From: Candidatus Iainarchaeum sp.
Lineage (GTDB): Archaea; Iainarchaeota; Iainarchaeia; Iainarchaeales; CSSED10-239
DNA length: 25,914 nt
Direction: 5' to 3'
Assembly (NCBI GenBank): GCA_937968065.1
Contig: CALBUD010000041.1
Location: 1-25,914, forward strand
Positions 17,739 to 24,421 of the stretch are shown here, one piece after another. The position numbers and the translations under genes are program-made. The number at the start of each line of letters is the position of its first letter. The stretch's first letter is position 1. Below the pieces are notes generated by a model. The model was not told the origin of the DNA, ran no database searches, and was given only the letters and a program-made list of their open reading frames with translations.

Positions 17739-19364
17739 TCACATAAATCCTTGTCCTGGAACTCCACTCATACCAGAATTTTTATTTTTAGAAGATGCTG
17801 CAATAATATCATCTATTCTTAATATCATTTCAACAACTTCAAATGAAGAATTAATTATTTGTGTTTTAAGATTTAATGGTTCAATAACATTCTTATCTTT
17901 AATATCAGAAATTCTTCCACTAATAACATCAATTCCAAAACTTTTGTTTTTTGGATCTTGGTGGATACTTCTCAAAGAAACAAGAGTGTCTATTGCATCA
18001 AGACCTGCACTTTCAGCTAAAATCTTAGGAATAACTTCTAAAACATCTGCAAAAGCTTCAATTGCAAGTTGTTCACGACCCCCAATTGTTTTTGCATAGT
18101 TTCTAACTTTTAAAGAAACATCAATTTCACAAGAGCCTCCTCCATAAACATATTTACCTGATTTTAAAGAAGATAAAACAGAACCAATAGCATCATTCAT
18201 TGTTCTTTGTGTTTCAGATAAAACTTGTTCTGAAGAACCTCTTAAAAGAATAGTTACATTTCCAGGAAATTTAGAATCTTCAATAAATAACATGTTTTCT
18301 CCAGCAATCTTCTTTTCATAAATCTTACCAAAGAAACCTAAATCTTTTTCAGTTAATTCATTTATTCTAGAAATTATTTTAGCACCGGATGCTTTTGCTA
18401 AAACTTCAATATCTGATTGTTTTATTCTTTTTATAGCAACAATACCAGATTTTGATAAATAATGTTCAGCAAGATCATCAATTCCTTTTTGACAAAAAAC
18501 AACATTTGCTTTTGAAAGTCTTATTTTTTCAACCATTTTTTTTAATTGTTCTTCTTCTTGTTCAATAAAAGATTGAAGTTGTTCTGGAGAAGTTATTTGT
18601 ATCTTAGTATCATTTTCAGGTTCTCTAATTTCAAGAGCAGTATTTAATATTAAAATATTTGCATTTTTTATAGCTTTTGGCATTTCAGGATGCACAATCT
18701 CTTTATCAAGAACAATACCATTAATAACTTTAGTATCAGAAATTGATCCGCCTATTTTTTTTTCAATTCTTATTTTATCTTTATCAAACTCTTTATAATT
18801 TTCTAAATTTACAACTAATGAAATAGCTTCAACAGCAGTTTCGGATAATATAGAACTATAATCTGAAGCTTTTCCTGTCATAGATGTTTTTGCAATATTT
18901 AAAAGAAGATTTTTATCTTTTAGAGAAATATTTTCTGAAATTTCTTGATAAAAAGAAGTTGCTTTTTCAGATGCCATTTTATACCCTTTAATGATTATTG
19001 AAGGATGTATATTTTCATCAAGTAAACTCTCTGCTTTTGAGACAAGTTCTCCTGCAATAATAACACTAGAGGTTGTACCATCTCCAACTTCATCATCCTG
19101 TGCTTTTGCAAGTTCAACAAACATTTTTCCAATTGGGTGTTCAATGGACATTTCTTTTAAGATAGTTGCACCATCATTACTAATAGTTACATCCCCCATC
19201 TCATCAACAAGCATTTTATCCATTCCTCTAGGACCTAATGTAGACTTTACAGAGTTTGCTACAGCTTTTGCTACAAGTATGTTTATTTTTTGAGCATCTT
19301 TACCTCTATCTCTTTTTGTTCCTTCGCTAAACATAGCATTATTTTGAGTTTGAGAATCTGTCAT
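17739..19364 (-). CDS. ths: Thermosome subunit (group II chaperonin)
   Basis: [37 protein letters not shown] and GGGSCEID are present, with a [11 protein letters not shown]-type C-terminal tail. The start is moved to the ATG at 19364 (MTDSQ), 5 nt downstream of a GGTGG SD. The tracked GTG start at 19373 lies inside that SD. Confidence 0.93.
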   Translation of the reverse strand: MTDSQTQNNAMFSEGTKRDRGKDAQKINILVAKAVANSVKSTLGPRGMDKMLVDEMGDVTISNDGATILKEMSIEHPIGKMFVELAKAQDDEVGDGTTSSVIIAGELVSKAESLLDENIHPSIIIKGYKMASEKATSFYQEISENISLKDKNLLLNIAKTSMTGKASDYSSILSETAVEAISLVVNLENYKEFDKDKIRIEKKIGGSISDTKVINGIVLDKEIVHPEMPKAIKNANILILNTALEIREPENDTKIQITSPEQLQSFIEQEEEQLKKMVEKIRLSKANVVFCQKGIDDLAEHYLSKSGIVAIKRIKQSDIEVLAKASGAKIISRINELTEKDLGFFGKIYEKKIAGENMLFIEDSKFPGNVTILLRGSSEQVLSETQRTMNDAIGSVLSSLKSGKYVYGGGSCEIDVSLKVRNYAKTIGGREQLAIEAFADVLEVIPKILAESAGLDAIDTLVSLRSIHQDPKNKSFGIDVISGRISDIKDKNVIEPLNLKTQIINSSFEVVEMILRIDDIIAASSKNKNSGMSGVPGQGFM

Positions 19365-19416
19365 AAAAACCACCTTCTTTTTTAGGTTTTTTAAAAATAG
19401 TATGATTTATAAAAAA

Positions 19417-19842
19417 TCATACATGGAATTTTCTTTCAACGTCATTTACTAAGACATCACAATCTGCTTTTATTTTTTCTAAAGCTTTTATGATTCTTAT
19501 TTTTTCAAGTTCAATTGTTTGTATGTTTTCAAAAGTTTCAATTGCTTGTTTAAACATACCATAATCAACATAACTATAATCAAATTCATTCATTTTTTTA
19601 CAAATTGTTTCAACAATTCTTCCTAAAAATAAATTCATTTCTTTTTTAACAATAGATTTTATTTGTTTATTTGGATCAAGACTCTCCCTCATAAGTCTTA
19701 CAACCCTTGCATTTGGAAAAGGAAGTTTTTCATCATCTTCTAAAACTTCTTCATCTTCTTCAGCATCTAAAACTGGATTATCTTCAATTGATTTTTCTTC
19801 TAAATTTTCATTAGAAATTGATTTTTTTTCTATATCACTCAT
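19417..19842 (-). CDS. Histone-fold protein, NF-YB/NC2-beta-like, with an acidic N-terminal extension
   Basis: 141 aa. Residues about 40-108, LPFPNARVVRLMRESLDPNKQIKSIVKKEMNLFLGRIVETICKKMNEFDYSYVDYGMFKQAIETFENI, align by eye with NF-YB ([43 protein letters not shown]...INGEDILFAMTSLGFENY). The N-terminal 39 residues are Glu/Asp-rich. AGAGGGG SD lies upstream. Confidence 0.5.
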   Translation of the reverse strand: MSDIEKKSISNENLEEKSIEDNPVLDAEEDEEVLEDDEKLPFPNARVVRLMRESLDPNKQIKSIVKKEMNLFLGRIVETICKKMNEFDYSYVDYGMFKQAIETFENIQTIELEKIRIIKALEKIKADCDVLVNDVERKFHV

Positions 19843-19953
19843 AATTAAAAACCCCTCTAAAATTATATTATTCTTACTAATATATTATATACTACAAAGT
19901 ATTTAAATAGATTATTATTATATTAAAAAAATAAAAAAAAGAGATGTAATTTT

Positions 19954-20118
19954 CTAATAATCAGAATCAGAATCTTCTGAATCATCATCCCATTCATCAT
20001 CTATATGTACATCTTCATCTTGTGAATCTAATTGTTCTTGTTTTTTTTTTTTTGGATCTTCATCATAATCAAATTCAGAGTAATCATAATCTGCATCTAA
20101 ACTAATAATATTTTTCAT
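19954..20118 (-). CDS. 54-aa hyper-acidic mini-protein (not in the ORF track)
   Basis: ATG at 20118 with AAGGTGA SD (20126-20132), 7 nt upstream. Translation is MKNIISLDADYDYSEFDYDEDPKKKKQEQLDSQDEDVHIDDEWDDDSEDSDSDY, with stop TAG at 19954-19956. The frame was verified codon by codon through the 13-nt A/T homopolymer (20041-20053). Confidence 0.5.
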   Translation of the reverse strand: MKNIISLDADYDYSEFDYDEDPKKKKQEQLDSQDEDVHIDDEWDDDSEDSDSDY

Positions 20119-20156
20119 AAAAGTTTCACCTTATATATTTTTATATAAATAGAAAG

Positions 20157-20231
20157 TGGGAATGGCAGGATTCGAACCTGCGACCTCTCGATTATCAGTC
20201 GAGTGCTCCAACCAGACTAAGCTACACTCCC
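20157..20231 (-). tRNA. tRNA-Ile (anticodon GAU)
   Basis: 75-nt cloverleaf. Acceptor is GGGAGTG/CATTCCC, the anticodon arm is CTCGA-CTGATAA-TCGAG (anticodon GAT), and the T arm is GCAGG-TTCGAAT-CCTGC. A TATA-like ATTTTTATAT lies 26-35 nt upstream on the minus strand (20257-20266). Confidence 0.9.
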
Positions 20232-20256
20232 GTATATGTATTAAATTAAGAAAAGC

Positions 20257-20266
20257 ATATAAAAAT
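20257..20266 (-). promoter_or_regulatory. TATA-box-like element upstream of tRNA-Ile(GAU)
   Basis: The minus strand reads ATTTTTATAT, 26-35 nt upstream of the mature tRNA 5' end. TATA-like strings are common in this AT-rich DNA, so specificity is low. Confidence 0.3.
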
Positions 20267-20321
20267 ATTTCTATTCTAAAATATTTAACTTGACAAACAA
20301 ATAAAAACCCTTCTTTTTCTT

Positions 20322-20331
20322 AATATATATA
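20322..20331 (+). promoter_or_regulatory. TATA-box-like element upstream of tRNA-Gln
   Basis: AATATATATA lies about 28-37 nt upstream of the tRNA-Gln 5' end (20359). Specificity is low in AT-rich DNA. Confidence 0.3.
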
Positions 20332-20358
20332 GCTAAGAAAAATATTGTTTTTTTTTAA

Positions 20359-20431
20359 AGCCCGGTAGTGTAGTGGCCAAGCATGTCAGGCTTTGGACCT
20401 GGCGACAGGAGTTCGAATCTCCTCCGGGCTA
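20359..20431 (+). tRNA. tRNA-Gln (anticodon UUG)
   Basis: 73-nt cloverleaf. Acceptor is AGCCCGG/CCGGGCT, with an A1-U72 first pair. The anticodon arm is TCAGG-CTTTGGA-CCTGG (anticodon TTG) and the T arm is AGGAG-TTCGAAT-CTCCT. Discriminator is A, and a T-run follows downstream. Confidence 0.88.
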
Positions 20432-20473
20432 TCTAATATTTTTTTTTACTTTTTAAAAAAATTGTGAATATAT

Positions 20474-20674
20474 ATGGTATTTGGATTATTTAAAAAAAAA
20501 GATAAAACAGAAAAACAAAAAGAAGAAAAAACAATAGATTTTCAAAATTCTAAATATCCAGAAGAAACTTGTGCCCTTTGTAGCCAGAAAGGTTGTGATA
20601 AAAAATGGGGCGGACAATATTGGCATAAAAAATGTTTAAGATCAACAAAAGGTATGGCAAAAGGAATGATTTAA
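20474..20674 (+). CDS. Small Cys/His-containing (putative zinc-binding) basic protein
   Basis: 66 aa. It has a Lys/Glu-rich N-terminus followed by C-ALC-SQKGC-DKKWGGQYW-H-KKC, which is C-x2-C-x4-C-x9-H-x2-C with a W.H..C element like half of a PHD/treble-clef finger. Only a weak GTGA SD-like element lies upstream. Confidence 0.45.
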   Translation: MVFGLFKKKDKTEKQKEEKTIDFQNSKYPEETCALCSQKGCDKKWGGQYWHKKCLRSTKGMAKGMI

Positions 20675-21156
20675 GAATAAAGATATTCTTTTATTTTACC
20701 TTTTATAATATTTATATTATTTAAATAAACATTTAAAGAATTTTCAAGTCTTGAAGCTTCTAAATTAAATTCTTTTGCTCTACCAGCAATTAAATACTCT
20801 TCATCTTTTTGTTTTTCAATAACTTCTAATTCTTTTCTTACAGTTATATATCTTTTTAGAGTCATATGATAATAACTATAATTATCCATCATATCACTAA
20901 ATAATTTTCTTGTAACATCATCTTTGTAGATTTGTCTTCCTTCAAAGATAAACTTACCTTGTTGTTTTGCACCAATTTTCTTTCCAGAAACAACCTCTGC
21001 AATCAACATCAAATGTTGTTCAAGCCAATCTATTGATTTTGAACGATAGTTTTTAAAATCAGTAATTACTTTTTCTCTAGGTTTTTTAATATCAGAAATT
21101 AATTGTTCATCAATTTCTATACTTTCAACAACTCTTCTCTTAAATAGTTTAAACAT
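20671..21156 (-). CDS. Hypothetical protein (161 aa)
   Basis: GGTGG SD at 21163-21167, 6 nt upstream of the ATG. It is predicted to be mostly helical and charged. No family recognised. Its stop overlaps the stop of the convergent 20474..20674 ORF by 4 nt. Confidence 0.5.
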   Translation of the reverse strand: MFKLFKRRVVESIEIDEQLISDIKKPREKVITDFKNYRSKSIDWLEQHLMLIAEVVSGKKIGAKQQGKFIFEGRQIYKDDVTRKLFSDMMDNYSYYHMTLKRYITVRKELEVIEKQKDEEYLIAGRAKEFNLEASRLENSLNVYLNNINIIKGKIKEYLYS

Positions 21157-21299
21157 TTCTTTCCACCAAAATTGTTAGTAAAATAAATTTTATATATATA
21201 ATGTATAAATATATTTAAAAACCAATTGTTATACAAAAATAATTGTTTTTCTTTAAAAAAATACACTTTACAAACTTTTCTTAAAATTAAAAAATAATT

Positions 21300-21812
21300 T
21301 TATAAGTTAAATTTTTTTTGAAGTTTGTTTTTAACAATGATTTCTTTTAAATTTTTAAAAAGTTCTTTTGGAGAAACAGAAATAATATCGAAATTACATA
21401 ACTTTGACCAAGAAACATCTCCTTTATATCTTGGAAGCACATGAAAATGAAGATGTTTAATGCTTTCTCCTGCAACATCTCCTACACTACATCCAATATT
21501 ATATCCTTGAGGTTTCATATATAGATCTAAAGCATATATTGAAAGATCAATTAAGTTAAATAATTCTTCTCTTTCTTTTGAAGTCAAATCAATTATGTGG
21601 TTTACATGTCTTTTTGGAATTACAAGAAGATGTCCTTCACCATAAGGATATTTATTTGTTTGAAGATAAACTTTTTTTGTAGAAAGAATTAATTCTTCTT
21701 TAGAAGTATTACAAAAAATACATGTTTTAGGATTAAAACTATTTTTTTTAGATTTAGAAGTTATATACTCCTTTCTCCAAGGAGCATATAAAATATCGTG
21801 TTTTAATACCAT
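21300..21812 (-). CDS. HIT-family (histidine triad) nucleotide hydrolase/transferase
   Basis: The histidine triad HLHFHVLPR is present. The N-terminal YAPWRKEYI ... CIFC block is typical of archaeal/bacterial HIT proteins, and NKYPYGEGHLLVIPKRHV is also present. Confidence 0.8.
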   Translation of the reverse strand: MVLKHDILYAPWRKEYITSKSKKNSFNPKTCIFCNTSKEELILSTKKVYLQTNKYPYGEGHLLVIPKRHVNHIIDLTSKEREELFNLIDLSIYALDLYMKPQGYNIGCSVGDVAGESIKHLHFHVLPRYKGDVSWSKLCNFDIISVSPKELFKNLKEIIVKNKLQKKFNL

Positions 21813-22438
21813 GAATATCTATCTTTAAATCTTTTAAATATTTTGTACGCTATAAAAGTTACTAAAATTAAAACTATATATTTTATTAAAACCCAGATTA
21901 ATAGATAGAAAATATAACCTATATGAGTTATGTTAAATAAAACATAATAGTCTTTTAAGAAAGAAAAGTAACTTATAACAACTAAAAGAGATTCTAAGAT
22001 AAATAAAAAGATTGATAAACCAAAGATAGATCTAAATATTTTATCAAAAGATAATTTCTTAACAACTGCTTGATAAGCATACATAAAGTATAATAAGAAG
22101 AAAGTTAGTAAGAATAATAGATTATATAGATAATATGCCATTGAAAAATTGGTATTGTATATTATTAATGCTGGCGCGGTTGTATAAACTGAAAACTTTA
22201 TTAAAAAATCACAAAAAATTACAAATGATAAAATAAATAACATAAATAATAAGAAATGACTAAAATTATTAAAAGATAAGAATTCTCTAAAACCACTCTT
22301 TTGTTTTTTAACAGGTTTTTTTAAAACAGGTTTTGAGGGTTTTTTTGCAATAACCTTTATTGGTTTTTTTACAGATGTTTTAGATTTTAAAACCGGTTTT
22401 TTTGTTTTTGTTTTTTTAATATTTTTTTTAGCAGCCAT
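21803..22438 (-). CDS. Polytopic membrane protein with a Lys/Pro-rich N-terminal tail
   Basis: 211 aa. The N-terminus is MAAKKNIKKTKTKKPVLKSKTSVKKPIKVIAKKPSKPVLKKPVKKQK, followed by about 5 hydrophobic helices. The 3' end overlaps the HIT gene start by 10 nt. Confidence 0.5.
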   Translation of the reverse strand: MAAKKNIKKTKTKKPVLKSKTSVKKPIKVIAKKPSKPVLKKPVKKQKSGFREFLSFNNFSHFLLFMLFILSFVIFCDFLIKFSVYTTAPALIIYNTNFSMAYYLYNLLFLLTFFLLYFMYAYQAVVKKLSFDKIFRSIFGLSIFLFILESLLVVISYFSFLKDYYVLFNITHIGYIFYLLIWVLIKYIVLILVTFIAYKIFKRFKDRYSWY

Positions 22439-22472
22439 ATATAATCATCATTAATATTTAGAACAGTTTTAT

Positions 22473-24398
22473 TTAAAAAGATTTGTTTTTTTCTAAAATT
22501 TTTAAAATTTCATTTTTTGCTATTTCTGAGATTAATTTTCCATCAAAAGCATTATTTGTTTTTGACATAACCCTTCCCATAATAAGACCAATTGCTCTTT
22601 CTTTTTGAGTAATAACAACTTCTTTATTTTCTAAAATTACATCTAAAATTATTTTTTTTAAATCGTTTTCTGAAAAATCTTCTTTTTTATTTTCTAAAAT
22701 ATACTTTTCTAAAAAAGAAGGGTTATTTACAAAACTTATAAAAACAGTTAAAAATTTATTTTTTGGAAGAATTTTTTCAATATCTTTATATGAAAAGAAA
22801 TCAATTAATATCTTTTCAGAAACATCTTCTAAATCAATTTTATTTTCTCTTGAAGCACTAATTAAATCTTCAAGTAAAAAAACAGAAAGGAAGGTAGGAT
22901 TTATTTTATAATTAATTACTAATTTTTCAAAAATAGGAGCATAGTTACTTAAACTCATTTTTTCAGTCAATTGAGAACTTAATTTAAATTTTTCTATATA
23001 TAATTTTTTTCTTTCATTTAAAGATAAAGGAATTTCTTTTTTTGCAGAAGATAAAATTTCTTTTGTAAAAACAACAGGAGATAAATCTGTTTCAGGATAC
23101 ATTCTTGAAGATGTTGATAAAGATCTTTGATATTCTGTATTAAACTCTAGATTAACAGCTCTTGTTTCTTTTAAAACACCTAAGAATAATTTATTTAATC
23201 TATCTTCTAGAACCATTTTCACAGAATCAATTTCTTCTTTAGAAGAAAAAACAATTATAAATGAATCATTTTCTTTTAAAGAAAAATCTTGTTTAATATT
23301 GTTTATTTCTTTTTCTGTAATTCCATAGTTTGGAAGTTCATCTAGATGGAACAATCCTTTTAAAGTGGTTCTAATTTTTAAAAAATTTGCAAGTTCACTT
23401 CCAAGTCGTCTGTTAGGTTGAATCTCTTTTCCTAAAAATCCTTTAAAAGAAGGAAGAACAAACAAATAAGCATTTTTCTTCTCTTTAAAAGAGTTATTAA
23501 CTATTTTTGAATCACAATTTTTAAAAATATTATTTATTTCTTTTGCCTCTAAAGAAAAAGAAGATATTTTTTTATTTAATAATTCTTTTTTGATTTCAAT
23601 AAGACTTAATTGACGAATTATTTCTCTATTAATAATTTCTGGAATAGATTCTAAATCCTGACAACCTTTAATCTCTACACGAGCACCCTCTTTTATAGAA
23701 ATATTAATGTCTTGTCTAATAGATCCAAGTCCTCTTTTAGTTTTTCCAGTAGATCTAAATATTTGTCCAACATATTTTGCAACTTGTTTTACTTGATCAG
23801 GAGTGTGCATATCATGCCAAACAACTAACTCAATTAAAGGAATACCTAGTCTATCTAATGAATAAGTAACTTCATTATCTTTCCTTTCAATAGCTCTAGC
23901 AGCATCTTCTTCAAGTAAGATTTTATCAATTCTCACTTTTCCAAAATCAAAATCAAGATAACCATCTGTTGAAATCATAATTGTTCTTTGAAAACCAGAA
24001 ACATTAGAACCATCAATAACTTGCTTTCTCATAACATAAGAAGTATTTAATATAGAGGAATTTGTTAAAAAAGATATTATTAAAGAAATTTTTAAAGCTT
24101 CTTGATTAATACTTAATGGAGGTTGAGAATCAGATTCAACCAAACAATTACATGAATTATAAAAATGATATTTAAATAATTTTTTTTTATCTTGTTCTTC
24201 TTTTGCAGTTAAATCAAAATCTCCAGTTTCAGAAGAAACTGCTCTTAATTTTCTTAAAATAATCTTATCAGGTTTGATATTTTCTTTAATAAGTTTAGAT
24301 CTACAATTACAAAAAAGTTTATTTGTATCAAGCTGCTGATGAAGCTCAAGACCACACATAAGCCCTAATTCTTTATAATCTAAATTTTTAGTTATCAT
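22473..24398 (-). CDS. gatE: Glutamyl-tRNA(Gln) amidotransferase subunit E
   Basis: The N-terminus DYKELGLMCGLELHQQLDTNKLFCNC and the GatB/GatE core blocks (LEEDAAR, GLGSIRQDINISI) are present. Size is 641 aa, and it lies immediately downstream of gatD. Confidence 0.9.
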   Translation of the reverse strand: MITKNLDYKELGLMCGLELHQQLDTNKLFCNCRSKLIKENIKPDKIILRKLRAVSSETGDFDLTAKEEQDKKKLFKYHFYNSCNCLVESDSQPPLSINQEALKISLIISFLTNSSILNTSYVMRKQVIDGSNVSGFQRTIMISTDGYLDFDFGKVRIDKILLEEDAARAIERKDNEVTYSLDRLGIPLIELVVWHDMHTPDQVKQVAKYVGQIFRSTGKTKRGLGSIRQDINISIKEGARVEIKGCQDLESIPEIINREIIRQLSLIEIKKELLNKKISSFSLEAKEINNIFKNCDSKIVNNSFKEKKNAYLFVLPSFKGFLGKEIQPNRRLGSELANFLKIRTTLKGLFHLDELPNYGITEKEINNIKQDFSLKENDSFIIVFSSKEEIDSVKMVLEDRLNKLFLGVLKETRAVNLEFNTEYQRSLSTSSRMYPETDLSPVVFTKEILSSAKKEIPLSLNERKKLYIEKFKLSSQLTEKMSLSNYAPIFEKLVINYKINPTFLSVFLLEDLISASRENKIDLEDVSEKILIDFFSYKDIEKILPKNKFLTVFISFVNNPSFLEKYILENKKEDFSENDLKKIILDVILENKEVVITQKERAIGLIMGRVMSKTNNAFDGKLISEIAKNEILKILEKNKSF

Positions 24399-24421
24399 AT
24401 TAAATCAATATTTTTAAAAAA

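Noticed and set aside
17704-19293. Plus-strand ORFs 17704..18099 (GTG start) and 18991..19293 inside the thermosome gene
   Set aside because: They are antisense to a full-length thermosome with all signature motifs, so they are shadow ORFs.
20041-20053. A 13-nt T homopolymer (A13 on the coding strand), considered as a sign of a frameshifted pseudogene
   Set aside because: The reading frame is intact from ATG to stop when read codon by codon, and the tract encodes KKKK. Similar runs, such as A10 at 9051-9060 in cysS, are also in frame. Homopolymers are expected at this base composition.
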